Part shown: positions 17,682 to 27,401 of the stretch, piece after piece | How the letters are laid out: every line of letters starts with the position of its first letter | How positions within the stretch are numbered: position 1 is the first letter of the stretch | DNA from: Bryobacteraceae bacterium | GTDB lineage: Bacteria; Acidobacteriota; Terriglobia; Bryobacterales; Bryobacteraceae | NCBI GenBank assembly: GCA_035640835.1 | Contig: DASQVJ010000184.1 | Coordinates: forward strand, 1 to 30,543 | Direction of reading: 5' to 3' | Length of the DNA: 30,543 bases | Translations under genes and position numbers: made by a program | The notes under the pieces: generated by a model | Told to the model about the DNA's origin: nothing | The model's database searches: none | Seen by the model: only the letters and a program-made list of their open reading frames with translations

Positions 17682-18179
17682 ATGAGGGTGCTCGGCATCG
17701 ATTGCGGCTCGGAACGCACTGGTTACGGTGTGATCGAGAGCGACGGTGTCCGGCACAGGGTACTCACCAGCGGTGTCATCCGCACTGTAGCTAAACACTC
17801 TTTTCCACTCCGACTTTTGAACATCCACTCCGAGCTCCGCGTCATTATTCAGGCCCATCAGCCTGAAAGCGGAGCAGTGGAGGATGTGTTTCACGCCCTG
17901 AACAGTCGAACGGCCCTGAAACTTGCGCACGTTCGGGGAGTTGTCCTGATGGCGATGGCTGAGGCCGGATTAGATTGCGGCGAATATCCTCCGGCCACAG
18001 TCAAAGTAAGTGTCGCAGGCAATGGCCGCGCGCAGAAATCAGAGGTGCAGCACATGATTCGCCTGCTTTGCGGCAATGGCACTGAGTTCGAAACGGAAGA
18101 CGCGTCCGATGCCGTCGCCGTGGCCATTTGTCACGCAACCCATCTATCAACCAAACGTCTGATCGGAACAGGGGTATGA
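17682..18179 (+). CDS. ruvC: Crossover junction endodeoxyribonuclease RuvC
   Basis: [48 protein letters not shown]; follows yebC. Confidence 0.95.
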   Translation: MRVLGIDCGSERTGYGVIESDGVRHRVLTSGVIRTVAKHSFPLRLLNIHSELRVIIQAHQPESGAVEDVFHALNSRTALKLAHVRGVVLMAMAEAGLDCGEYPPATVKVSVAGNGRAQKSEVQHMIRLLCGNGTEFETEDASDAVAVAICHATHLSTKRLIGTGV

Positions 18180-18796
18180 GACTGATTTGGCTGTTGCTTC
18201 TGGCGGTTCCCGCGCTCTTAGCGGAACCCAAAATCACCTTCATTAAGAGCTTTCCGAAGAGCACACCTGCCTATGTCCGCATCGAGGTGTCAAAATCCGG
18301 CGATGCTGTTTTTCGGGATTCGAACGAAGACGATCAGGCCATTTCCTTTCGAGTGAAGCAGGACGAAGTGCAGGTGCTGTTTGGGCTCGCCGAGAAGGTG
18401 AACCACTTTTCCGCGCCTCTCGAATCGAATCTCAAAGTTGCGTTCATGGGCGAGAAGACTCTTCGTTGGGAGGACGGCTCCGTCAAAAACGAAGCCAAGT
18501 TCAACTACACGCTCGATGAAAACGCCCGCTTATTGGTCGATTGGTTCGATCGCATCACCGAAACACAGATGCTCTTGTTCGACCTGGAACGGACGGCGCG
18601 ATTCGACCGGCTGGGTGTGAATCACACGCTGCTGCAAATTGAAGCCGCAAGCGATCGCGGCCGGTTAGTTTCTCGTGAACGCTTCCTGCCGCTGCTCGAG
18701 CGAGTGGCAAAGAACGATTCCTATCTCCACATGGCCCGAGAACGTGCGGCCAGCCTGGCCGAGGCGTTTCGGGCCGCAAAACCCAAAGCAGAATGA
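18176..18796 (+). CDS. Secreted hypothetical protein
   Basis: Signal peptide [16 protein letters not shown]; ATGA overlaps at both ends. Confidence 0.75.
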   Translation: MRLIWLLLLAVPALLAEPKITFIKSFPKSTPAYVRIEVSKSGDAVFRDSNEDDQAISFRVKQDEVQVLFGLAEKVNHFSAPLESNLKVAFMGEKTLRWEDGSVKNEAKFNYTLDENARLLVDWFDRITETQMLLFDLERTARFDRLGVNHTLLQIEAASDRGRLVSRERFLPLLERVAKNDSYLHMARERAASLAEAFRAAKPKAE

Positions 18797-20082
18797 ATTT
18801 ATTTACACGAGGACTCCTGGCCCTTGTCCTGTCCAACGCCGCGCTTTACTCACAAGTCGCGGGACAGGTGGACGAGTCCGCTGAGGAGAAAGCTCTACGT
18901 CAGGCAATCGGCGAGGCCGGCAACAGCCCCACTGATTTCCTTCGCGTGATTGAGCAGCATCTCAATCGCTATCCGATGACCAAGCAGCGTGAGCCTCTCG
19001 AGCTGGCTGCTGTGAAAGCGGCGCTCGAGCTACGCGACAACGAGCGCATCCTGAAATATGGCGAGCGGGTTTTGGCGCGCGACATGAGCGACGTGACGCT
19101 TCTCGAGCGCGTAGCACGCGTATTGCTCTCGAGCGATGACAAAGCAAGCGCGGAGCGTGCGCTCAAGTACTCCAGCAAACTCGAAGAATCGATGCGCGAG
19201 TACACCAAGGATGATCCGGCCAAGAACCGGGCTCGCGCTGTGATGGCTGACGAGTTGGACCGCGCCATTGCCCGCGCGATCACCTACCAGGCACGAGCTA
19301 CCGGCAATCTTGGCAAACAGTCGGATGCGATCGCACTCGCCCAGAAGGCGTTCGATACCTTCCCGTCGGCTGAGGCAGCTCGTGAAGTCGGGCGCTGGCT
19401 GATCAAAGGCGGCAAAGAGGAAGGGGCCATTAAGTGGTACGCGCTCGCGTTTGCGGTGCCCGATGACAAGAACTCCGAGATCGACCGGGCCCGGGATCGT
19501 GCGCATCTCGGCGAGATCTACCGTAAGTTGAAGGGGAATGAGACGGGCCTTGGCGACCTCATCCTGCAATCGTACGATCGTGTCTCCGATATCCAGTTGA
19601 AGCGTGCCGCGAGCCAGCGTGGCACGATCCCCAACATGGAACTGACCGACCCGATGCAGTTCGTGATCACCGGGCTTAATGGCGAAAAGCTCGCGCTCTC
19701 TTCGCTCAAAGGAAAAGTCGTGATCATGGACTTCTGGGCGACCTGGTGCGGACCGTGCCGCGGCCAATATCCGCTCTACGAGCAGGTGAGGAAGCGGTTC
19801 GCGGGACGCGATGATGTCGTTTTCCTCGCCATCAGCACAGACGAAGACCGGTCAGTCGTGAAGCCGTTCCTCGAGCAGAATGGCTGGAAGAAGTCCGTTT
19901 ACTTTGAAGACGGGCTCGGGGTGTTTTTCAAAGTGAGCTCGATCCCGGCGACTGTCGTCATCGATCGCAATGGCCGGGTCCACAGCCGCATGAATGGGTA
20001 CATCCCGGAGCGTTTCGTCGACATGCTGACGGAGCGTATCAATGAAGCCCTGCAGGTTCAGGCTCTGAAGGCCTCGAACTAA
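18793..20082 (+). CDS. Exported TPR-like protein with C-terminal TlpA/ResA thioredoxin (redoxin) domain
   Basis: Signal peptide, long helical region, then LKGKVVIMDFWATWCGPC and SSIPATVVIDRNG. Confidence 0.88.
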   Translation: MNLFTRGLLALVLSNAALYSQVAGQVDESAEEKALRQAIGEAGNSPTDFLRVIEQHLNRYPMTKQREPLELAAVKAALELRDNERILKYGERVLARDMSDVTLLERVARVLLSSDDKASAERALKYSSKLEESMREYTKDDPAKNRARAVMADELDRAIARAITYQARATGNLGKQSDAIALAQKAFDTFPSAEAAREVGRWLIKGGKEEGAIKWYALAFAVPDDKNSEIDRARDRAHLGEIYRKLKGNETGLGDLILQSYDRVSDIQLKRAASQRGTIPNMELTDPMQFVITGLNGEKLALSSLKGKVVIMDFWATWCGPCRGQYPLYEQVRKRFAGRDDVVFLAISTDEDRSVVKPFLEQNGWKKSVYFEDGLGVFFKVSSIPATVVIDRNGRVHSRMNGYIPERFVDMLTERINEALQVQALKASN

Positions 20083-21248
20083 TGCCGGCCTTCCAGCGAG
20101 TGGTTTGGATCGTGCTCGATAGCGTGGGCGTCGGCGCGATGCCCGATGCGGCTGCTTTTGGCGATGACCTCACGGTAGATACGCTCGGCAACATCGCTCG
20201 CCAGCGACCTTTGGATCTGCCAAATTTCCGGCGCCTCGGCCTGGCGAATCTGAAGGCATTGAATGGAATCGAGCCTGTCGACTCACCCGAGGCGGCCTTC
20301 GGGCGTTGCGCTCTCGCCTCCCCCGGCAAGGACACGACCACCGGGCACTGGGAGATGGCGGGCGTCCATCTCGACAAACCCTTTCCACTATTTCCCAACG
20401 GCTTCCCTCGCGACTTCCTCGATGAGTTCGAGCGACGCATCGCCCGCAACACGATCGGCAACGTCGCTGCCTCGGGCACCGAGATCATCAAGGAGCTAGG
20501 CGAAGAGCACATGCGCACCGGAGCGCCGATCGTGTACACGTCGGCCGACAGCGTCTTCCAGATAGCCGCCCATGAAGAAGTGATCCCGTTGTGGGAGCTG
20601 TACAAGATCTGCGAAACGGCCCGCGGTCTCCTCCGTGGTCCCCTCGAAGTAGGTCGAGTGATCGCGCGGCCTTTCGAGGGCAGTCCTGGAAGCTTCCGCC
20701 GCACGCCGAACCGTAAAGATTACGCCGTGCCGCCGCCGAAGGGCATGTTGCTCGACCAGCTCAACGAACGTGGCATCGCGGTCCACAGCGTCGGCAAGAT
20801 CTTCGATGTGTTCCTGGGGCGCGGCATCGGCGATTACGACAAGACCACCAGCAACGACGACGGCATGCACAAGACGATCTCGGCGATGGAAGAGACGAAG
20901 GAGGGCTTGATCTTCGTGAACCTCGTCGACTTCGATCAGCAGTACGGCCATCGCAACGATGTTGAGGGCTATGCGAGCGCACTCGAAGCGGTCGATCGAT
21001 GGATTCCCCAACTCGAGTCCGCGGCTCAACCGGGCGATTTGCTGATCTTCACCGCGGATCATGGATGCGATCCGACTACGCCCAGCACCGATCACACGCG
21101 CGAGTACGTCCCGCTAATCGTAAAGGGCGGCAAGCCGGGCATCGACTTGGGCTTACGATCGACACTCAGCGACCTCGGTCAAACCGTCGCTGAGAACTTC
21201 GATTGCAAGCTTTCCCACGGCCAGAGCTTCCTCAATCTGATCTCCTGA
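20082..21248 (+). CDS. deoB: Phosphopentomutase
   Basis: IVLDSVGVG, GKDTTTGHWE, YTSADSVFQIAAHE, RVIARPF, NLVDFDQQYGHRND, TADHGCDPT. Confidence 0.96.
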   Translation: MPAFQRVVWIVLDSVGVGAMPDAAAFGDDLTVDTLGNIARQRPLDLPNFRRLGLANLKALNGIEPVDSPEAAFGRCALASPGKDTTTGHWEMAGVHLDKPFPLFPNGFPRDFLDEFERRIARNTIGNVAASGTEIIKELGEEHMRTGAPIVYTSADSVFQIAAHEEVIPLWELYKICETARGLLRGPLEVGRVIARPFEGSPGSFRRTPNRKDYAVPPPKGMLLDQLNERGIAVHSVGKIFDVFLGRGIGDYDKTTSNDDGMHKTISAMEETKEGLIFVNLVDFDQQYGHRNDVEGYASALEAVDRWIPQLESAAQPGDLLIFTADHGCDPTTPSTDHTREYVPLIVKGGKPGIDLGLRSTLSDLGQTVAENFDCKLSHGQSFLNLIS

Positions 21249-21261
21249 CGCTTGCGACATC

Positions 21262-21267
21262 TACAAT
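21262..21267 (+). promoter_or_regulatory. Putative internal -10 (TACAAT) for tpiA
   Basis: Near-consensus hexamer in the deoB-tpiA gap, 6 nt before an in-frame TTG (21274) and 15 nt before ATG 21283. Confidence 0.45.
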
Positions 21268-21282
21268 CGAAGGTTGATCCCT

Positions 21283-22038
21283 ATGCGAAGACATCTGATC
21301 GCCGGCAACTGGAAGATGTACAAGACTGCCCCGGAGACGACGGCGTACTTTGAGGCTTTCCTCCCCCTGGTAAAGGATATGCGCGATCGCGACATCGCGA
21401 TTTGTCCCCCCTTCGTGAACATCCCGGCTGCCCACGCCTCCACCTCCGGGTCGAATGTCGAGATTGGAGGACAGAACCTGTACTGGGTGAAGGAGGGCGC
21501 CTACACCGGCGAAGTCTCCGGGCCAATGCTCAAGGCAGTCGGCTGCCGTTATGTCATTGTCGGACACAGCGAACGGCGTCAATACTTCGGCGAGACCGAT
21601 GCGACGGTGCTCTCCCGCACAAACGCTGCACTGGAGGCCGATCTGACTCCGATCGTGTGCGTTGGCGAGAGACTCGAGGAGCGCGAAGCAGGAAGCACCG
21701 AGGCAGTCCTGCTGGGTCAATGCCGCACCGGAGTCACCTGCATTGCTCCGAGCGCTTTCGAAAGACTTGTGATTGCGTACGAGCCTGTGTGGGCCATCGG
21801 CACGGGTCACACTGCAACGCCCGAAATGGCTGCTGAGGCACATGCACTCATCCGTCGCGAGGTGGCTTCGACCTTCGGCAACGAGGTCGCCGCCAAGACG
21901 CGCATCCTCTATGGAGGCAGCGTGAAACCGGACAACATCGACGGTTTGATGGCTCAAGAGGGCATCGATGGGGTGCTCGTTGGCGGAGCCAGCCTCGATC
22001 CCCAAAGCTTCGCGCGAATCGTTAAGTTTCAGGCTTAG
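21283..22038 (+). CDS. tpiA: Triosephosphate isomerase
   Basis: IAGNWKM, GAYTGEVS, GHSERR, AYEPVWAIGTG, LYGGSVK, LVGGASL. Confidence 0.98.
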   Translation: MRRHLIAGNWKMYKTAPETTAYFEAFLPLVKDMRDRDIAICPPFVNIPAAHASTSGSNVEIGGQNLYWVKEGAYTGEVSGPMLKAVGCRYVIVGHSERRQYFGETDATVLSRTNAALEADLTPIVCVGERLEEREAGSTEAVLLGQCRTGVTCIAPSAFERLVIAYEPVWAIGTGHTATPEMAAEAHALIRREVASTFGNEVAAKTRILYGGSVKPDNIDGLMAQEGIDGVLVGGASLDPQSFARIVKFQA

Positions 22039-23266
22039 GGCGCTTCTTCCGGCCGAACAGGTCCGCGGGATTCTCGTGCGTCTTCTCGCGATACGAGCCC
22101 TTCATGCCCGAGCCAAGCTTAACGCTCGAATCACCGAACTTGTCTCGAAGCTTGTCGGCAGCAGTGAGCGCGTTACGCCAGCGAACCGTCTTCTCCGAGT
22201 CGAGCAGGTTGAGTTGACCCTCGTGCGAGCTGAGACCCGTCGCAGCGACGCCTAGCAGTCGCACGGCGGTGCCATTCCAGTTCCTTCGGAAGAGCATTCG
22301 CGAATGCTCCACCAGATCGATGTCCAGATCGGTTGGCTGATCGAAGGTGACCGCCCGCGTGTAGGTGCTGAAGTCGCTATATCGCAGCTTAATGTGCATC
22401 GTGCGGGCGTGCATTCCATGCTCGCGCAATCTGCGACAGACCAGCTCGGAGAGCTTCGCCAATGTCGCTTCCAGATGGTCGGCATCTGTCGAGTCTTCTC
22501 CGAACGTATGCTCGTGGCTGATGGACTTCGGGTCTTCCTCGGACCCGACGTCGTGGTCGAAGTAGCCACCCGCGTCGAGCCCGAGCGACTTGCCCGCAAG
22601 CGCCAACCCCCACTTGCCTAACCGCGATTCGAGAAACCCGGCGTCGAGAGCGGCGAGATCCCGAACACGCCGGATGCCCATTTCGTGCAGCACCTGCTCT
22701 GTCCGCTTGCCGACCCCCGGGATCTTGCGCACATCGAGCGGCCCAAGGAACGCTGCCTCCTGCCCCACCGGGATCCACAGCACACCGTTGGGCTTCGCCT
22801 GATCGGACGCGACCTTTGACACCATCCGCGAGCTCGACACACCAATCGAGCAGTTGAGCCGCGTCTCCCGGCGCACCGCTTCGTGCAACTCGTGGGTCGC
22901 CTTCAGCGTTGGGCCATGCAGTCGTTCTGTGCCGGTCAGGTCGAGATACGCCTCGTCGATGGAGGCCATCTCCACCTTCGGCGAGAACTTCTGCAGTACG
23001 GCATAAACCATCTGCGAACAATCGCGGTACCTCGACATGTGTCCCTCGACAAAGATCGCGTGAGGACAAAGCTGGTATGCGCGTCGCAAGGGCATGGCCG
23101 AGTGCACACCGTACTTGCGCGCCGCATACGATGCTGCCGACACCACGCCACGTTCGTTCGCCTTGCCGCCGACTACGACGGGCTTTCCCTTCAACGAAGG
23201 ATCAAACAGCTCCTCCACCGACACGAAGAACGCATCCATGTCGATGTGGGCAACAATCCTCTGCAT
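22022..23266 (-). CDS. dinB: DNA polymerase IV (Y family)
   Basis: HIDMDAFFVSVE, SAASYAARKYGVHSAMP, SIDEAYLD, KVASDQAKPNG, little-finger LKLRY-like IKLRYSDF. Confidence 0.96.
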   Translation of the reverse strand: MQRIVAHIDMDAFFVSVEELFDPSLKGKPVVVGGKANERGVVSAASYAARKYGVHSAMPLRRAYQLCPHAIFVEGHMSRYRDCSQMVYAVLQKFSPKVEMASIDEAYLDLTGTERLHGPTLKATHELHEAVRRETRLNCSIGVSSSRMVSKVASDQAKPNGVLWIPVGQEAAFLGPLDVRKIPGVGKRTEQVLHEMGIRRVRDLAALDAGFLESRLGKWGLALAGKSLGLDAGGYFDHDVGSEEDPKSISHEHTFGEDSTDADHLEATLAKLSELVCRRLREHGMHARTMHIKLRYSDFSTYTRAVTFDQPTDLDIDLVEHSRMLFRRNWNGTAVRLLGVAATGLSSHEGQLNLLDSEKTVRWRNALTAADKLRDKFGDSSVKLGSGMKGSYREKTHENPADLFGRKKRPKPET

Positions 23267-23268
23267 GG

Positions 23269-24099
23269 CTACACCTTGCGTCGAGCGGAAAAAACGCGTT
23301 GGAAGCCGGCCAGGTCGTGACGGACGATTTCGTCGTCGAAGAAGGGCTCAGCGAAGGTTCGGACCGCGGGTAACGAATTGAAGCCAAGCTCGAGAACGAG
23401 TCGACCACCGGGGCGCAAGACGTCCGCGGCCTGCCTGATGAGTCGCGAGTAGACCTCTGTACCCTCAGGTCCACCGAACAACGCGAGCGGCGGCTCGAAG
23501 TCACGAACCTCCCGCTGCAGTCCCTCACGCTGCGACTCGGCTACATACGGCGGGTTCGCAGTCAGCACGTCGAGGACCCCATGGCGAATCCCTTCGAGAA
23601 GGTCCATGCGAACGAAGTCGACCTGCGCGCCAAGTGTCATTGCGTTGCATTTCGCTACCAACAACGCATCGCCCGACAGGTCGCTCGCCAGCACGGGCAT
23701 CTGCTTCTCGAGCGCAATCGTCACCGCAATCGCACCCGAGCCCGTGCAGACATCGAGAACCTTCGATTCGGGAGTACACCACCGGAGCGCCTCCTCGACC
23801 ACAAACTCCGTCTCCGGCCGTGGTATCAACACTGCCGGGGTTACTCGAAAGTCGCGACCGTAAAACTCCTGCCGCTTCGTGATGTACTGCGTGGGTTTGC
23901 CGCCGATGCGCTCATGCAGATAGCGTCCATAGTGGATCCACGCGACCTCGCTGAGCTCGTGTTCAGGATGCGCGAAAAGAAAGATACGCTCCTTCTTGAG
24001 AGCGTGGGAGAGAAGTACCTCAGCGGTCAGCTTCGGAACAGGAACGGCGCCATCCTCAAGAAGTTTTGTCCCCTGCTGAAGCGCCGTTGCGACGGTCAT
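23269..24099 (-). CDS. prmC: Release factor glutamine methyltransferase
   Basis: [31 protein letters not shown]; directly after prfA. Confidence 0.96.
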   Translation of the reverse strand: MTVATALQQGTKLLEDGAVPVPKLTAEVLLSHALKKERIFLFAHPEHELSEVAWIHYGRYLHERIGGKPTQYITKRQEFYGRDFRVTPAVLIPRPETEFVVEEALRWCTPESKVLDVCTGSGAIAVTIALEKQMPVLASDLSGDALLVAKCNAMTLGAQVDFVRMDLLEGIRHGVLDVLTANPPYVAESQREGLQREVRDFEPPLALFGGPEGTEVYSRLIRQAADVLRPGGRLVLELGFNSLPAVRTFAEPFFDDEIVRHDLAGFQRVFSARRKV

Positions 24100-25171
24100 T
24101 CTGGGCTTCCTGTTTCAGCTTCTCGGTTTGGAAGTAGGTGACTGTGGAATCGATTAAGTTGTTGAGCTGGCCTTGCATCACCAGGTCGAGCTGATAGATC
24201 GTCAGGCCGATGCGATGATCCGTCACACGATTCTCTTTGAAGTTGTACGTGCGGATCTTCTCGCTTCGATCGCCCGTGCCGACCATGCTCTTGCGATCCG
24301 CACCGATCTCCGCCTGCTGCTTCTCGAGCTCGATCTCGTACAAACGCGCTCTCAACACGCGCTCCGCCTTCGCACGATTCTTGATCTGCGACTTTTCGTC
24401 CTGGCACGACACAACAAGACCTGTCGGGATGTGAGTCAGCCGAACGGCCGAGTACGTCGTGTTCACTGACTGTCCGCCAGGACCGGAGGAACAGAAGGTG
24501 TCGACGCGAACATCCTTGGGATCGATGTGAATATCGATGTCGTCGGCCTCGGGCATGACAGCCACCGTGACCGTGGAGGTATGAATGCGGCCTTGTGTTT
24601 CCGTCGCCGGAACACGCTGGACGCGATGCACGCCGCTCTCGTACTTGAGCTGGCTATACACCTTCGTGCCGCTCACCAGCGCGATCACTTCATTCAAGCC
24701 GCCGACGCCCGATTCGCTCATCGACGTGACTTCCACGCGCCAGCCTCGACTCTCGGCGTACTTGAGATAAGCGCGGAACAGCTCGCCTGCAAACAACGAC
24801 GCTTCGTCACCACCGGTGCCTTTCCGGATTTCTAGAACGATGTTCTTCTCATCATTCGGATCGCGAGGCAGCAGCAGAAGCTTCAGCTCGTTCTCGATGC
24901 GCTCGATCTCAGGCTCGAGGCGAGCGATATCTTCCGAAGCCATGTCTCGAATCTCAGGGTCATTCTCGGCCATCATCTGCCGGGCACCCTCGAGATCCGA
25001 ATGAACCTTCTTCCACTCCCGATACTTCGCGACAACTTCACTGAGTTCGCTTTGTTGCTTTGAAATTTTGCGGTACGAGTCCGTCTGGCCGATCACATCG
25101 GGATCTGCCATCTGCTGAGTCAGCTCTTCAAAGCGCGACTCGATACCTTCCAGCTTCTGCAGATATTGCAT
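24056..25171 (-). CDS. prfA: Peptide chain release factor 1
   Basis: SGPGGQSVN (GGQ), [22 protein letters not shown] with the RF1-type PxT motif, [11 protein letters not shown]. Confidence 0.97.
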   Translation of the reverse strand: MQYLQKLEGIESRFEELTQQMADPDVIGQTDSYRKISKQQSELSEVVAKYREWKKVHSDLEGARQMMAENDPEIRDMASEDIARLEPEIERIENELKLLLLPRDPNDEKNIVLEIRKGTGGDEASLFAGELFRAYLKYAESRGWRVEVTSMSESGVGGLNEVIALVSGTKVYSQLKYESGVHRVQRVPATETQGRIHTSTVTVAVMPEADDIDIHIDPKDVRVDTFCSSGPGGQSVNTTYSAVRLTHIPTGLVVSCQDEKSQIKNRAKAERVLRARLYEIELEKQQAEIGADRKSMVGTGDRSEKIRTYNFKENRVTDHRIGLTIYQLDLVMQGQLNNLIDSTVTYFQTEKLKQEAQNDRRNGASAGDKTS

Positions 25172-25206
25172 GTTGTTTTCCGGGCGCTAACCTTCGATTG
25201 GGGCCG

Positions 25207-26187
25207 TTAAGCGATTACTAACTGGCCGCCTTGCGCCTTCTCCAATTCCATTGCGCCGTCAAGCGCCCGAATCGCTACTTCCGCTTGATCGTCAGATGGT
25301 TCCTGAGTCGTTATACGCTGCAGCCACAATCCCGGTGCGGTGATGGCGGTCAGGAAGAAATTCGGACGACGCGCCGCAAGCCGGATCAGTTCGTAGCTCA
25401 GTCCCGTAACGACCGGCAAGAGAGCAATGCGTCCCAGGAACTTCCCAACGAACCCATCAAACGGCAGGAACGCGTAGAGCACCATGCTGATCACCATCAC
25501 CACGAGCAGGAAGCTCGTGCCACAGCGCGGATGCCACGTCACAAATTGCTGTGCGTTCGCCACATTGACCGGCTTGCCGGACTCGAAATTGAACACGACC
25601 TTGTGCTCGGCCCCGTGATACTCAAATACCCGGCGTATGTCCTTCATACGAGAGATCAGATAGAGGAACGTCAGGAAGATCGCCATGCGGATGAGGCCGT
25701 CGGTCAGATTGAACAGGATCCGCCCCTGCAGTGCTGGGATGGCTTTTTCAAGGAGCGAGGTGAGGAACAGGGGCACGAACTTGTAGAGGAAGATGAAGAA
25801 CCCGAGAGAAACCACCAGGTTCAACGCCATCATGCCGCCCGTGATCTCTTCCTTCTTCTTGCCGCTTTGTTCCTCTTCATCGAGCGCCGCGTTGGCTGAG
25901 AATCGCAGAGCCTTCATGCCAAGCCACATCGCCTGGCCGAGTGTCCCAACGCCGCGCACGAAGGGGTATTTGAAAATCGGATACTTTTCAGAGACCTTCG
26001 CGAGAGGCGCCTCTTCCGTCACGATCTCACCATTTGGCTTCCGTACTGCGACGCAGTAGCTGTGAGGAGCGCGCATCATCACCCCCTCCATCACCGCCTG
26101 GCCACCGACGAGTGTTTCCTCGCCGCTCTCGAGCACCGGAAGCAGCTGTGTATATGTGAACAAGCGGGCAAAACTGCGAAGGGACAA
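25207..26187 (-). CDS. DUF1385 (YqhQ-like) membrane protein
   Basis: GGQAVMEGVMMR, FEYHGAEHK, HPRCGTSF, LQRITTQEP; TTG start with AGGAG RBS. Confidence 0.9.
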   Translation of the reverse strand: MSLRSFARLFTYTQLLPVLESGEETLVGGQAVMEGVMMRAPHSYCVAVRKPNGEIVTEEAPLAKVSEKYPIFKYPFVRGVGTLGQAMWLGMKALRFSANAALDEEEQSGKKKEEITGGMMALNLVVSLGFFIFLYKFVPLFLTSLLEKAIPALQGRILFNLTDGLIRMAIFLTFLYLISRMKDIRRVFEYHGAEHKVVFNFESGKPVNVANAQQFVTWHPRCGTSFLLVVMVISMVLYAFLPFDGFVGKFLGRIALLPVVTGLSYELIRLAARRPNFFLTAITAPGLWLQRITTQEPSDDQAEVAIRALDGAMELEKAQGGQLVIA

Positions 26188-26204
26188 AACGTAAACTCCT
26201 GAGA

Positions 26205-26215
26205 ATACTAGTATA
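26205..26215 (-). promoter_or_regulatory. Putative -10 (TATACT) for DUF1385-prfA-prmC-dinB overlapping a 10-bp palindrome
   Basis: Minus-strand TATACT at 26210-26215; ATACTAGTAT palindrome at 26205-26214. Confidence 0.45.
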
Positions 26216-26304
26216 CCGACCCTCTACTTGGATGCCGCCGAGCGTGTCGCCGTTGCGAGCCCGCGGTGACGCTTCCGGATACGTGGATGGAAACAAAATG
26301 ACAT

Positions 26305-26317
26305 CCAAATGATTTGG
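26305..26317. promoter_or_regulatory. Perfect 6-1-6 palindrome, candidate operator
   Basis: CCAAAT-G-ATTTGG in the divergent DUF1385/DUF2934 spacer, 8 nt upstream of the hexamer TAAGAT (26326-26331). Confidence 0.3.
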
Positions 26318-26336
26318 CGTTCTGATAAGATTGAGC

Positions 26337-26744
26337 ATGCCTAAACGCAAGACGACCGAAGCAGACGCAATTCCTGCCCCGGCGGTGGAGAAGCCCAAAA
26401 AGCGTTCTACCACCAAGAGCAGCGCCCCGGCTGCGCCCCACAAACACGCTACCCCAAAGAAAACGAACAAGAAGGTAGTGGTCGCGAAACCCGTGGAGCC
26501 CGCGTTCGAAGAAATCGCAATAGCTCCCTCAGCACCTGTTGCCGAACCCGCTCCTAAGGTTATGGCCGCAGTAGCAGTCGAACCGATTGCCGCAGTTCCG
26601 ACAATGCCCGTTTCGCGGCCTACCAATGAGGAGATCGCCCTTCGCGCCTACCTCATCTGGGAAGCTCGGGGCGGCCAAAGTGGGTCCGACCTCGACGATT
26701 GGTTACAGGCCGAAAAAGAACTGCTCGCCGAGCGTCAGAAGTAG
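26337..26744 (+). CDS. DUF2934 domain protein with Lys/Pro/Ala-rich disordered N-terminus
   Basis: C-terminal EEIALRAYLIWEARGGQSGSDLDDWLQAEKEL matches the DUF2934 pattern; low-complexity basic N-terminus. Confidence 0.85.
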   Translation: MPKRKTTEADAIPAPAVEKPKKRSTTKSSAPAAPHKHATPKKTNKKVVVAKPVEPAFEEIAIAPSAPVAEPAPKVMAAVAVEPIAAVPTMPVSRPTNEEIALRAYLIWEARGGQSGSDLDDWLQAEKELLAERQK

Positions 26745-27380
26745 CTACTTGTACTTTCGAAGCACCGCCAAGACTTTGCCTTGGATCTGCACCGATGCAG
26801 CAGGCACTAGAATCGGCTCCATCGCCGAATTGGCTGGTTGCAATCGAATCATTCCGTTGCTCTCACGGTAAAGGCGCTTGAGGGTCGTCTCAGCGCCACC
26901 TACTAGCGCCACCACGATCTCGCCGTCTCGAGCGTCTGCCTGGCGCTGGATGAGAACGTAATCGCCGTCGCAAATGTGATCCTCGATCATCGACTCGCCC
27001 CGAACTTGCAGCGCGTACGTACCGGGATCCGAAGCGAAATCCGCAAACGTCAGCTTCTCGTCGGAAGCGAACGCCTCCACGGGCGAGCCGGCAGCGATAC
27101 GTCCAAGTAGAGGAAACTCGAGCGTTGCGGATGCGGGTCCGCCTCTGCTGCGTCGCGTCTCCTCGTAGAATTTCGGCGCAACTTCCAATGACCGGCTCTG
27201 GTTGAAGCTGCGACGCAGATACTGCTTCGCTTCCAGAGCGGAGATGTGCTTATGAACGGTTGCGAGCGACGCAAGGTCCAGCCCCTTCGCAATCTCTTCA
27301 TAGCTTGGGCTGTAGCCTCGCGACTCTACGAAATCCGCCAGAAAGTCGAGAACCTGCTTTTGTCTCTTCGTCAAGGCCAT
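26745..27380 (-). CDS. lexA: SOS repressor LexA
   Basis: LTKRQKQVLDF, wHTH SPSYEEIA...SLATVHKH, Ala-Gly cleavage site RIAAGSP, catalytic GESM (Ser) and TLKR (Lys). Confidence 0.97.
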   Translation of the reverse strand: MALTKRQKQVLDFLADFVESRGYSPSYEEIAKGLDLASLATVHKHISALEAKQYLRRSFNQSRSLEVAPKFYEETRRSRGGPASATLEFPLLGRIAAGSPVEAFASDEKLTFADFASDPGTYALQVRGESMIEDHICDGDYVLIQRQADARDGEIVVALVGGAETTLKRLYRESNGMIRLQPANSAMEPILVPAASVQIQGKVLAVLRKYK

Positions 27381-27401
27381 AGGGGAGGTCCGTCCTCTTC
27401 C

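Noticed and set aside
26188-26336. rpmE (L31), often found upstream of DUF1385-prfA-prmC
   Set aside because: No frame of the spacer gives an L31-like sequence (MKxxIHP...C).
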